A stretch of DNA of 64,000 bases from Eledone cirrhosa (Eukaryota). Positions 22,855-35,011 of the stretch are shown here, piece after piece. The translations under genes and the position numbers were made by a program. A model generated the notes under the pieces. That model was given only the letters and a program-made list of their open reading frames with translations. It had not been told where the DNA came from and did not search any database. The stretch lies in NCBI GenBank assembly GCA_964016885.1, contig OZ024751.1, positions 18,910,001 through 18,974,000 of the forward strand. The letters run 5' to 3'. Every line of letters begins with the position of its first letter. Position 1 is the first letter of the stretch.

Positions 22855-24183
22855 ATGGCGGAAAAGATGGCAGACATGTCTGCCATTAGCTCTGCCACGC
22901 CCCCCAAGTCTGAAGAACAAAAAATAATTACAACAAAATTAGACATTGAAACAAACAAACAAAATGAAAAAACAAATGTTAAGGAAAATGAGCAAACAGA
23001 AAACAAACAAACAGAAAATAATACAAATAACGACAGGGCAACTTTCGCCCAGAAAACAAAGCAATCCATTAGATACACACCAATTGACCTAACTGCCGCC
23101 AGAGAAAAACTGGCCGAAGCAAAGAAACATATTGTTTTGGGGGAGAACGGAATGTTTTCCATTAACTCCCCCCCAGAATTCAAGAAAGCCAGAGCAGAAA
23201 ACACAGTTATATACAGAACTATACTAAACCAGTCAAGAAAGCCAGCACAGCCCAGCCAAATGGAAATAGAGTTAGTCCTAAAAGACTATATGAAGAATAT
23301 TCTCTTCATACGAAAGGACCGACTCTATGGCAGCATTTCGGTCCTAACAAGAGACAAAGAAACGGCGGTTCAGCTTTCCCTAAGCCCACTCTCGTCGACA
23401 ACATATAGCTTCTATCCCTCCTACATGGGTAGAAGAACACAGAGAATAAAAGTAAAAACAATGCTGCCCACAATGGACTTCTGGTGGGCTATTGCTGGCT
23501 TCATTGATATGGGCGAAGACACTATGCTGTCAATGGGGAAGGCAACTGGAGATGCGTTCCTGGGAATGGGCCTCGACATACTAGTCCAAATGAGGCCCGA
23601 AAGAATAGCACAAATCCCGGATCGCATCTGGCTGGATGACCTTACCCCAATAGACATAATTGTAGAGGGGAGAAGACCAGCATGCTATTTATGCATGGAA
23701 AGGGGACACGTTAAGGCTAACTGCCCGAAACGTATCCCCCAAAAAGGACTATTGCCCACACCCACCACAAACAGTACACCAGCACCACCCACCTCCAAAA
23801 ATACACTAATACCACACACAGCAAACAAAATACAGACACCACCAACCACAAACACAACACAAACATCACCACCACCAGCACCAAACACAAGCACGACACA
23901 AAAATCACCACCACCAACCACAACACAAACATCACCACCACCATTACCAACCACAAGCACGACACAAACATTACCACCACCACCACCACAAAACCCATTC
24001 CAAACAAATAATAAAAAAAACAGTAACAAATCTACCCCTCCCGCAAAAAAAAAACAACCACACAACACGTCCCTCCCACCTAGCGCTGAAGAGTTTCCCC
24101 CAACTTCTGAAGAAGAAGGAGGAGAAGCCTTCAGACAAGTTAAAAGAAAAAAAGAAAACACACACCCAGCACACCACAAATAA
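22855..24183 (+). CDS. LINE ORF1, copy 2 (with -1-frame continuation 24144-24689)
   Basis: Two amino-acid differences from copy 1; same A7 frame break. Confidence 0.9.
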   Translation: MAEKMADMSAISSATPPKSEEQKIITTKLDIETNKQNEKTNVKENEQTENKQTENNTNNDRATFAQKTKQSIRYTPIDLTAAREKLAEAKKHIVLGENGMFSINSPPEFKKARAENTVIYRTILNQSRKPAQPSQMEIELVLKDYMKNILFIRKDRLYGSISVLTRDKETAVQLSLSPLSSTTYSFYPSYMGRRTQRIKVKTMLPTMDFWWAIAGFIDMGEDTMLSMGKATGDAFLGMGLDILVQMRPERIAQIPDRIWLDDLTPIDIIVEGRRPACYLCMERGHVKANCPKRIPQKGLLPTPTTNSTPAPPTSKNTLIPHTANKIQTPPTTNTTQTSPPPAPNTSTTQKSPPPTTTQTSPPPLPTTSTTQTLPPPPPQNPFQTNNKKNSNKSTPPAKKKQPHNTSLPPSAEEFPPTSEEEGGEAFRQVKRKKENTHPAHHK

Positions 24184-24685
24184 CCCACACACAAACACCA
24201 ACTCCAATCAAAAACACCCCACCCTCAACAAACAAAAATAAATCTGCGCCTCCCCTCTCCGAAACATTGACAGCATCACAAAAAAAGACGTTGCAATACA
24301 CATATATAAATAAAGAAAACAAAAAACTGGTTAAATTAATAAACAATAACCCTATGGTGCAGACCGAAGGGCCAAACTTTATCTCAACAGAGAACTTCAC
24401 CCATTTAAAAATGATAAAGGTCCCTCTGGACCTTTATCGTTCCTTAAAAGAACAATTTAGACGGGACGTGAGCCCCCCCTGTTTAAAACCGTTGAATCGC
24501 GTCCTCTTGAAAGATTTCCCCATAACCGCCCCTCTCCCTGACACAACTCCAAATACCCCAACCCCACCACACACGTGTACCCCCACACCACCACAAAACA
24601 TCCCTCCACCCAACACACCTGATGCCATGGAAATTACGCAACCCGGAGAGGTAAGTGCTTTTCTTTCTTCACTTTCAACACCAAA

Positions 24686-27600
24686 ATAGATCAATTGAGA
24701 GTTGGCTGTTTGAACGCGCGTGGCCTGAGCTCAGCTTGGAAGCAAGCAAAGCTTCTAAGTGACCTCAGGTCACAAAGTATAGATGTGATGGTTGTTTGCG
24801 AGAGTCGGATCAGCAGCGTGAGACAGCTGGCGCCCGCCTTCGATGACTTTGAGATGCACGCATCTCTCTGTCAACCCGGAGGCGGGGGGGGGGAGTTGCC
24901 GTACTGCTGGATAAACGTCTGACTCTCGACGTACAGATTGTTCACTCGGACCCGGGGGGTCGATTACTGGTGCTGGACGTCGGAGGTGGTGAAGGCGGGG
25001 CTTTCAGACTGGTCGGTCTTTATGCTCCCTTCGGGGCGGAGAGAGCCGACTTCTTCCAACGTCTGGAGACTTTTCTAGGAACGTCGCGTTCCCTGCTTTT
25101 AGTGGGGGACTGGAATGGAATCCTAGATGCGCGTTGGGACTATGCAGGGGCATGTCCCGATAGAAGGGGGTGTAGCAGCCTCAAGGGGTTACTCGATCGA
25201 TTCGACCTGGTCGATAGATTTCGACTAGATTGTCCAACTGCGCCAACCTGGACCTGGGCAAACCGCAGTGGACAATCTAGATCGTACCTAGATAGGTTTT
25301 TGGTTAGGAGTAAGGATAGGGACGTATTTAGTTGTCCAGAACTGATCATGGTTGGCTATTCAGATCACAAATTAGTGACCTGCGTGGTCAACCTTGATAG
25401 AACGCATAGACAGGGTCCCGGTTACTGGAAGATGAACTTGTCCTTACCGACAAAGAAAGATTACAGAAACCGGATTAGTAGCTTAGTTAAGATGCGGTTG
25501 ACGGGAGCGATCGTCAACAGTAGGTGGTGGATATCTCTAAAGAGAGAGATTAGAGTAAGTTCGATAGGTTACAGTAAGGAACTAGCGGCGAATAGAAATA
25601 GGAGGGAAAGGGAGTTAACAGATAAACTAGAAGAGGCGATTAGGAGCGGAGACGTAGCCAGAGTGTTAGCGACGAGAACGGCATTGAGCCAGTTCTTTGA
25701 CGCGAAGCACGAAGGCTGCGTTGTCCGAAGTAAAATACGTGCTTTAGGAAACGAGGGGACCAAAGCTGTTAGCTGGGCCCGCGTGACAGAAGCCAAGAGT
25801 GGGATTAAATCCACCATTCGGTCTTTGCGAGACCAGGATGGACGGGTGATCCTTGAACCTGAGCGAATGTGCGAGACCTTTCAAAGGCACTTTGCTCGAC
25901 TGTTCGGAGGTGGCGGGGGGGGGGGGGGGGGGGGGGGCGGGGGGGGGGGGGTGGACTTCGGTCCATACCTCGACGGTCTACCGCGTCTTTCGAGCGGCGA
26001 AGCGGAGTGCTGCGAAGGGCCAATCACAGCCACTGAAATCGGGGAAGCGCTCAGCCAATGCAGCAGACGCAAATCCCCGGGTCTCGATGGTCTACCATAC
26101 GAACTTTATTTAGCTATGCCGGTCTTGTTCTCCGAACTCCTCGAGGCTGTCTATTGCAACTGGCAACAGAACGGGAGAATTCCCTGTTCTGTGACCAAGG
26201 GCGTGGTCACGCTAGTGAGGAAGGACGAGAGCAAGGGGGACGACTTAAGTAACTTTAGGCCCATAACTCTGCTGAATGCAGAGTTACAGATTTTGGCCAA
26301 GGTGTTGGCGAAGAGGTTGGCGCTTGTGGTGGGTGGTTTGGTGGGAGACGCGCAGACATGCGCTATCCCGTCCAGGTCCATTCACGACAACCTCCACCTC
26401 ATGCGATACATCATAGAGAGGGTTGGCTACGAACCCGGCTTTGGTGGGGCCCTGATCAACTTGGATCAATCTAAGGCGTTCGATAGGGTCGACCATGGTT
26501 ACCTGGATGCGGTGCTAGCGGCGGCGGGCTTCGGACCCGTTTTCAGGGGCTGGATTTCTGCCATGCACAGTGGCAACATCTACTCTAGGATTAAAGTAAA
26601 CGGCTACCTCTCGGAGCCGTTTCAAATCACCCGATCCATCAGACAGGGGTGCCCCCTCTCCTCCCTTCTGTACGTATTGACTCTCGAGCCACTGCTGCGG
26701 AAGTTGGAGTTGCTGCGGGGCATACCCCTGGAACCGGGATTGCACAAAGCGGTCTCGGCCTATGCCGACGACGTAACAGTAATGGTGGCGGACGCCTCGG
26801 AAATCGGGGCGATCGCCACCCTACTGGAGGAATACGAAAGGCTGACGGGGGCTAAGCTGAACCAGGACAAGTCAGTCGGTTTGCAACTCGGAACGTGGAG
26901 GGGCAAACCGATGCCGTTAGACGGTGTCGTCGGGCGGTGGACGGAGGGCCCGGTGAAGCTGCTCGGGGTCTGGTTCGGACCGGACCTCCAGGTGGAGAAG
27001 AATTGGGGCGAGGTGACGAGCAGGGTGTTTGCGCTGACCCAGAAGTGGGCCAAGTGCAAACTATCACTGAAAGGTCGGGCGGAGGTGACGAACGCTTACA
27101 TAGCGTCCGTCATCTACTACCGCCTGACCGTCGTGCCTTGCCCCAAGGAAAAGCTCACCATCATGGAACGCATGCTCTTCCAGTTCCTCTGGAAGAAGCG
27201 GCCTCCCATGGTGAGGAGATCCATCTGCTGCCAGCACCCTTCGAAAGGAGGGCTGGGTATGCCGTGGCTGTTGATGCGTAGGCACGCATTGAGGCTACGG
27301 CATCTACAGGTATTCCTCAACGGTCAGCCGGTGTGGGCCCCGTTTGTGAGGCGAACCTTCCCACAGCTCGTCTCGCTCACCGAACTGCAATCCTGGGTGA
27401 AGCAAAGACCGAGAAAACTGGGCAACTGGCACACTGAGTGTGCCCAGGCGCTCACGGCTATCTGGCAAGCGGACCCGACTGTCAGTGGAGAATCCACCTC
27501 GACATTCTATAGAGGGTTGGTGGCTAACAGGGGCGACGACACCCTTGGAGAGTCGCTAGGCATGGAGGAGGACGAACTGGCCAGCCTGTTCGGTAGAACT

Positions 27601-28143
27601 TTCGGCCCGGGACCCATGGACAACTTCCAGAGGTCCCTAGCCTGGCAGTGTTACCGGGGGGCTCTGCCCGTTCGAGAAAAGCTCTACAGACACGGGCGCC
27701 CGGGCAGGGATCCCGCGAAAAAGATCTGTCCCAGATGCGTGCGCGACGAGGAAACCGTTGCGCATGCACTGGTACACTGCCCGGGCGTTGCCGATCTGTG
27801 GGGCTACGTCGAACGACTGCTGTCGCGTGTGGCGCCGATTCGATTAACCGCCGAGTCTGTGGTGAACATCAAGCCGCCTCCTCCCTTCAGAAATGAAGCA
27901 GAGGCGGTCTTTCTGTGCGTAATAGCCATGATGAAAGAGGTTGTGTGGTGGACGCGCCTGAAAGGTCTGAGGTCGGGTGACTTTCTCTCCGGCCATCACC
28001 TGGTTTACTTCTTCCGATACCACTTCGGAAGAAGAATCAGGATGGAGAGAGAAGTGCTTGGTCCCAGACAGTTTTATGAAAGGTGGGTGAAAGAAGCGAG
28101 AATGGCCCGTGTAAATGGGCCTTCTCTCTACATTGTTCTGTAG
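24686..28143 (+). pseudogene. LINE ORF2, copy 2, apparently frameshifted at a G run
   Basis: G10 at 24884-24893 versus G8 in copy 1 (+2). An in-frame poly-G expansion (+18) lies at ~25915-25951. Both may be sequencing errors. Confidence 0.75.
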
Positions 28144-28381
28144 GTGAAGAAGTGAAGAGGAAAGGGGGAGCGCCTCCTCTCTGGGCTTCCCCCGCGAAAA
28201 GAGTTGCACACTTTTCGGGGGTATGTGCAATCCCCAACACGCCCCCTCCCTTTTGAGGACTTTTTATTGTTATATTATTATTGTTATTCCTTTTTTCTTT
28301 ACTCGATTTATGTAAACTCCCCCACTGTGTAAATGTCCCCTTCTTTTGTGCCCTCGTGGCAAATAAATAGAAATTTATCTA

Positions 28382-28427
<46 letters not shown>

Positions 28428-28869
28428 CGTGTGAGTTTGAGCGCCTGTGTGTGTGTATGCATGTATGAGTGAATATGTGAGTGCTTGGGTGCGTGTATGA
28501 CTCTGTGTGTGTATGTGCGTGCATGTGTGAGAAAGTGTGTGTGTGTCTATGTATTTATGTATATGTGTGACAATTGAGCATGCGTATGTGTATGTATGCG
28601 TTTAAGTGAGTGTTTATGAGTATCTGTGTGTGTGTGTGTGTGTATGTGTGTGTGTGTGTGTGTGTGTGCATGTGTGTTTATATGAACATTTATGCAAATA
28701 ACTATGTACATTTATATGTGTACGTATGAGCACGTGCATACGGGTATGTACACTGCATGTGATGTGTGTATATGTATGTAAATATATAAGATGTGTTAGA
28801 ACCTTTTGAAAGAAAGGATTTCAGTATTTGTCCACGTGAGTTAATAAAGCGTGACAGTTGTTCCCTCTG

Positions 28870-29250
28870 TGTGTTTGTGTGTGTGTGTATGTGAATAGTT
28901 GTGCGTGTGCGTGCGTGTGTGTGTGTGTATGTGTGTGTGTGTCTGTGTGTGTGTATGTGTGTGTGTGTAGTTATGTGAATAGTTGTGTGTGTGCGTGTGT
29001 GTGTGTGTGTGTATGTGTGTGTGTGTCTGTGTGTGTGTATGTGTGTGTGTGTAGTTATGTGAATAGTTGTGTGTGTGCGTGTGTGTGTGTGTATGTGTGT
29101 GTGTGTCTGTGTGTGTGTATGTGTGTGTGTGTAGTTATGTGAATAGTTGTGTGTGTTTGTGTGTCTGTGTGTGTGTATATGTGTGTGTGTGTGAATAGTT
29201 GTGTGTGTGTGTGTGTGTGTGTGAATAGTTGTGTGTGTGTGGGTGTGTAT
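28870..29250. repeat. GT-rich minisatellite (~80 bp; GTAGTTATGTGAATAGTT core)
   Basis: Core repeats several times between (GT)n runs. Confidence 0.8.
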
Positions 29251-29337
29251 GTGTAGTTATGTTTCTGTGTTCTGTTCTCATGCAGTTGTCTACGTCAGTG
29301 TGTAAGTGACGTGTGTAACTGAGTGCCTCTATGTGTT

Positions 29338-29377
<40 letters not shown>

Positions 29378-29544
29378 GTTATGTTTCTGTGTTAAGTGAC
29401 GTGTGTAACTGAGTTCCTCTGTGTGTGTGTGTATGTGTAGTTATGTTTCAGTGTTAAGTGACGTGTGTAACTGAGTTCCTCTGTGTGTGTGTGTATGTGT
29501 AGTTATGTTTCTGTGTTAAGTGACGTGTGTAACTGAGTTCCTCT

Positions 29545-29585
<41 letters not shown>

Positions 29586-29628
29586 GTTATGTTTCTGTGT
29601 TAAGTGACGTGTGTAACTGAGTTCCTCT

Positions 29629-29669
<41 letters not shown>

Positions 29670-29774
29670 GTTATGTTTCAGTGTTAAGTGACGTGTGTAA
29701 CTGAGTTCCTCTGTGTGTGTGTGTATGTGTAGTTATGTTTCTGTGTTAAGTGACGTGTGTAACTGAGTTCCTCT

Positions 29775-29815
<41 letters not shown>

Positions 29816-29920
29816 GTTATGTTTCTGTGTTAAGTGACGTGTGTAACTGAGTTCCTCTGTGTGTGTGTGTATGTGTAGTTATGTTTCTGTGTTAAGTGAC
29901 GTGTGTAACTGAGTTCCTCT

Positions 29921-29961
<41 letters not shown>

Positions 29962-30136
29962 GTTATGTTTCTGTGTTAAGTGACGTGTGTAACTGAGTTC
30001 CTCTGTGTGTGTGTGTATGTGTAGTTATGTTTCTGTGTTAAGTGACGTGTGTAACTGAGTTCCTCTGTGTGTGTGTGTATGTGTAGTTATGTTTCTGTGT
30101 TAAGTGACGTGTGTAACTGAGTTCCTCTGTGTGTGT
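29250..30136. repeat. Minisatellite, ~12 units of ~62 or ~84 bp
   Basis: Near-constant GTAGTTATGTTTCTGTGTTAAGTGACGTGTGTAACTGAGTTCCTCT plus a variable (GT)n. Confidence 0.95.
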
Positions 30137-30224
30137 AAAAGTGAGTGTTTAGTGTCTAACAGATCCTGTCCTGCCACCACTACCCCACATACACACACAT
30201 ATACACAGACACACACCTACACAC

Positions 30225-30930
30225 ACACACACACAGAAACACGCATACATAACCATATATACATATACATACACTGAGAAATACTCATATATTCATATAT
30301 ACATATATACATACACATACACAGTGAACCTCTACTACACACACACCGAGAAACACTCACACATACACACATAGAACATACACATACACATATACACAGT
30401 GAGAAATACTCATACATTCATACATACATAGACATACACACTGAACCTTTCCTACACATACGCACAGTCACAGAAACACTCACACATACACACACAGCAC
30501 TACACATACACATATACACAGTGAAAAACACTCATACATGTATACATAGACATACACACTGAATCTATCCTACACACACCCTCACAGACACAGAAACACT
30601 CACACATACACACACAGCACTACACATACACATATACACAGTGAAAAACACTCATACATTCATACATAGACATACACACTGAACCTTTCCTACACATACA
30701 CACCCTCACACACACAGAAACACTCACACATACACACAGAGCACTACACATACACATATACACAGTGAAAAACACTCATACATGTATACATACATACACA
30801 CTGAACCTTTCCTACACACACACACTCTCACAGACACAGAAACACTCACACATACACACACAGCACTACACATACACATATACACAGTGAAAAACACTCA
30901 TACATGTATACATACATACATACATACATA
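30225..30930. repeat. CA-rich tandem repeat, ~6 units of ~120 bp
   Basis: CAGAAACACTCACACATACACACACAGCACTACAC...CAGTGAAAAACACTCATAC...CTGAACCTTTCCTAC recurs. Confidence 0.9.
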
Positions 30931-31582
30931 CACATAGCCCCATAGACATATATACAGAAATGCACACATGCATACAGAGAGAGAGAGAGAGAAACACTTT
31001 ACATATATACACACATACTCACACACACATACACACATGTACACACTCACTCATAAACACACACACACATACACACACACACATACAGTGAAACACTCCA
31101 AGTCTTTGAATGGTCTCAAGATGGACATCTGACCGGCTTAAAAGATTTCCAAAGCCGTCTTTGGCTAAAGCTTGGTGCCAGGGGTCATGGTTGATTAATA
31201 TCACGTCTTTATGTGTGTGTGTATGTGTGTGTGTGTGGGTGTGTGGGTGTGTGTGTGTATGTGTGTATGTGTGTGTGTGTGTGTGTGCGTGTGTGTGTAA
31301 GTATGTATATGTGTGTGTGTAAGTATGCATATGTGTGTGTAAGTATGTATATGTGTGTGTGTCCATGTGCATGTATGTGTGTGTATGGGCTCGTGACCTT
31401 ATGTGTTCAATTACATGTACGTGTACGTGTATGTGTGTGTGTCCCCATCTGTGCGTATGTGCGTATGTCCCCCATCTGTGAGTATGTGTGTATGTCCTCC
31501 ATCTGTGCGTATGTGTATGTGCTCATATGTGTGTGTGTATTGAAGTGTGTATTCATGTGTATGTCCGTGTCTTCCCATGAGC

Positions 31583-31661
<79 letters not shown>

Positions 31662-32661
31662 TGTATTTGTGTGTATGTGAGTGTGTGTGTGAGTGTGTGG
31701 TGTGTATGTGTTTATGTGAGTGTGAGTGTGTGTATGTGAGTGTGTGTGAGTGTCTGGTGTGTGTGTGAGTGTGTGTTTGTGTATGTGAGTGTGCGTGTGA
31801 GTGTGTGTGTGTGTGTGATTGTGAGTGTGTGGTGTATGTGAGTGTGTGTGAGCCCACATGCGAGTTTGTCAACATGTATGTGTTTATGCGGCGTGTGTCT
31901 GTATGTGTGTGTGTGTGTGCATTCGTTTGCGTCTTCGTGCCCATATATGTGTATATATTTGTGCTCATGTGCCTAAACCTTTGTGCGCGCATGCGTGTGT
32001 GTTTGGTTGCGTTTATGTACGTGGAGCCCATGTAACAATATATAATATGAGTATATGTCTACGTGTATGTGTACCTGTACCCCTGTCTATTTTACTTTTG
32101 ACATCAAGTCTATATATAAGTGTATTCAAGAGATGCTTCTAGAAATTAAATTCGATTCGATTCAAATCAATTTAATTCGGTTCAATTCAATATAGTTTCG
32201 TTGTTTGCAAATAACTACAATAAAAATTAGATTGAAATAACTAAAGGTTCAATCCAGAAACATTATAAATAACATAGGATAAGAGTCACAGTTATACTGG
32301 TGCTTCACAAATGTTAGGCACAGCACATTGGATGTGATACGGTTTGGTGGTTTTCAAATTATGTAAAAACACAAACTGATATACTAACATCTACCTTTAA
32401 TAATTTTCTGTAGTTCTGTATGAATATATATATATATATATAGTAATAATAATAAAATTGAAGACTAAAATCCAAAGAGGGCTCGATAAGGAAAATATAT
32501 ATCAAATATATAAGAACCGTAGAGCAAATATTTATTAAAATATTTATTAAGGGTGAAAGCAGCGATTCTTTGCTTAAACTTTAATCTGTTGTTTTAATAA
32601 ATATATATATATATACATAGTTTTGCGAGGTTTTTTATATGAAATCGTGTGTCGAAACAAT

Positions 32662-32872
32662 TATTGTTATACTTGGGGAGGGTCATATTTGTGTAATATT
32701 GCCAGAATTAATAACAGAACACACTCACTGTTTGGTTGGTTTTCGCTTCTCGCTTCTGTGTCTTTTACCGATATAAAAGACACAGAAGCGAGAAGCGAAA
32801 ACCAACCAAACAGTGAGTGTGTTCTGTTATTAATTCTGGCAATATTACACAAATATGACCCTCCCCAAGTAT

Positions 32873-32879
<7 letters not shown>
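32662..32879. repeat. Perfect palindrome, 106-bp arms, 6-nt loop (family P fold-back)
   Basis: 32662-32767 is the exact reverse complement of 32774-32879; followed by (AT)n. Confidence 0.97.
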
Positions 32880-32959
<80 letters not shown>

Positions 32960-32988
32960 TTAATAAAATAGATGTTCTTTTTATCAAA

Positions 32989-33048
32989 TACATTTTATTA
33001 TACATATTTCAGATGTACAACAGTACGTCCTCATCAGACAAAATATAA
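32989..33048 (-). ncRNA. Minimal type-I hammerhead ribozyme candidate (H2)
   Basis: Reverse complement of the 33332-33392 motif. Confidence 0.7.
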
Positions 33049-33149
33049 TGATACATGAGATGTTAAATGGTTAAGATTTAATCATTACCTTGATTAAATC
33101 TTAACCATTTAACATCTCAGAGTATGTCAGGTATCATTATATTTTGTCT

Positions 33150-33330
33150 TGGATTGGCAGTATCGGTAGAGGGTCGGACGCCATGCTTTGACGCATAGAG
33201 TTACGGCCCTTGCCATACTGAGTTCAAATCCCGCCGAGGTTAACTTTGCCTTTCATCCTTAAGGGGTCGATAAAATAAAGTACCAGTAATGTACTGGGTA
33301 ATTGCTGGCCTTGTGCCAAAAGTAGAAACA
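33150..33330 (+). mobile_element. SINE family A with 14-bp TSD
   Basis: TSD ATTATATTTTGTCT at 33136-33149 and 33331-33344. Confidence 0.92.
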
Positions 33331-33331
33331 A

Positions 33332-33392
33332 TTATATTTTGTCTGATGAGGACGTACTGTTGTACATCTGAAATATGTATAATAAAATGTAA
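33332..33392 (+). ncRNA. Minimal type-I hammerhead ribozyme candidate (H2)
   Basis: Stem I TTATATTTTGT/ATAAAATGTAA; CTGATGA; stem II GGACGTAC-TGTT-GTACATCT; GAA; ATATGTAT; AUA triplet with predicted cut after 33381. Confidence 0.72.
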
Positions 33393-33527
33393 TTGATAAA
33401 AAGAACATCTATTTTATTAATATTTGTATTTTAATATTAATAACTCTGGAAAATTATTTTCCATAGAGTGCTTCCAATCTACTGTAAAACTCATTCTTTG
33501 ATATACTCATTGAATCTTGTTTAACTC

Positions 33528-33620
<93 letters not shown>

Positions 33621-33624
<4 letters not shown>

Positions 33625-33848
33625 AGTAAACAAATGGAAACTATATTTATAAAACCATATTTATTTCATTATACATATTTCAGGGATACTATATTAAAAA
33701 TATGGCATGCCCTCGTCAGATAAAATACAAAATATAAATTGTTTTATAAATAATTTTGACGTACCATAAATATAAGCGACCATCGAGTGCTTTATATCGG
33801 TTATAAAATATTTACTTGTTGTAACCCAACAATTTTAAATAAAACTTT

Positions 33849-33852
<4 letters not shown>
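33621..33852 (-). mobile_element. Unrearranged ~230-bp family H1 unit between (AT)n tracts; hammerhead at 33662-33727
   Basis: Minus strand reads TATTTTAT-CTGACGA-GGGCATGCCATATT..AATATAGTATCCCT-GAA-ATATGTAT-A-ATGAAATA. Confidence 0.75.
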
Positions 33853-33884
<32 letters not shown>

Positions 33885-33886
<2 letters not shown>

Positions 33887-34075
33887 AAAAATGGCGTGCT
33901 GCGTGGTTGCACATGGGTTACATATGAATAAAATTAGTCCTTCATCAGTGATCTTCCAACCTTCATTGGTATTTCTTCGCTTTAAAGATCATATACCTCT
34001 GGTTGGTGCGAGAAATAACTAAAGAAAGTTATTGGGACACGTAAAATAGGGTGAAACGAGCGAGACATGTAAACA
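33885..34075. repeat. (AT)n-flanked dispersed repeat; inverted homologue at 54057-54160
   Basis: CTGCGTGGTTGCACAT.GGTTACATATGA...AGTCCTTC.TCAGTGAT.TTCCAACC.TCATTGGTATTTC is shared between the two. Confidence 0.75.
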
Positions 34076-34406
34076 AATATATATATATATATATGAAAAA
34101 CCTTACAAAACAATATGAGAATTCTGGTAATATTTATGTGCATTTTTTATACAAACCTCTATTTTGTACCTAACACCGTGTTGTTAAATATTTGTCTAGT
34201 CAATGTCTACAGGCTAGAAGAAATAATTAGATAAGTGTCATAGAGCTGTACGTCGCGGAAAATAATCTGTATCATTTGTCTATTATTTCTTCATAAGTAC
34301 ATTTTAAGCTTATAGAGTCGTTTAAATGATTTTTTATGTGGTTGATTTATACTGATTGGGAGAGGAAATACTGTATATATTTTATCTAATGATTCTTTGG
34401 ACTTAC

Positions 34407-34442
<36 letters not shown>

Positions 34443-34447
<5 letters not shown>

Positions 34448-34713
34448 AACAAAAGATGGTTAAAAGAGTTCCATGTATTTTATTATGCGCATTTCAAAAA
34501 CAAACATCATCATGCAATAATATTTGTGTTTTCATCAGATAAAATAGGAAGACATGATATGAAGGTTAAAAAACACTTGTGGATAGTGCAGTTTTAAATC
34601 AACATATTTTTGTTCTTATATATTATGTATACTCCAGTCCTACAAACTGTAGAGTGCTTCTTATCCGATATCTGCATTGCTTTATTGTACTACAATAAAA
34701 TTCACCTCCTACA
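34443..34713. mobile_element. Family H3 element with inverted 5' part; hammerhead on minus strand at 34476-34546
   Basis: The 3' part (34607-34713) matches 60454-60559 directly. The 5' part is the reverse complement of 60362-60467. (AT)n on both sides. Confidence 0.75.
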
Positions 34714-34880
34714 TATATATATATTTATATATATATATATACTAAAGTAAAAGTTAAGTGGAAATACCCAAGAGTTAGATCACTCAGTCCATAGGACGAG
34801 TTTAGTGTAAATAATTACAACAATCTTCCATTTTTCTCATGGAGGCTGAAGAAATTGAGGCCCTGTCTACGTCACTGTTG

Positions 34881-34934
<54 letters not shown>

Positions 34935-34943
34935 CGCGCACGC

Positions 34944-35011
<68 letters not shown>

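Larger units (their letters stand above)
22652..28376 (+). mobile_element. Full-length Tx1-clade non-LTR retrotransposon, copy 2 (head-to-tail)
   Basis: Near-identical to copy 1 at offset 5716-5736; ends ATAGAAATTT-ATCTATCTAT-(AT)n. Confidence 0.95.
32955..33425. mobile_element. Fold-back hammerhead-bearing element family H2, interrupted by a SINE
   Basis: Left arm 32955-33084, loop TTACCT, right arm 33091-33149 plus 33345-33425. (AT)n nearby on both sides. Confidence 0.8.

Noticed and set aside
19422-28240. Short antisense and alternate-frame ORFs within LINE ORF2
   Set aside because: Expected shadow ORFs in GC-rich coding DNA.
29250-30136. CRISPR-like repeat/spacer appearance
   Set aside because: The spacers are just (GT)n rather than unique sequences; eukaryotic context and no cas genes.
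32623-33005. Near-identical ORFs on both strands
   Set aside because: Trivial consequence of the 106-bp palindrome.
33941-33980. CTGATGAAGGAC (minus strand; CTGACGAAGGAC at 54092) as a hammerhead
   Set aside because: No closing stem II or downstream GAAA; kept only as a dispersed repeat.
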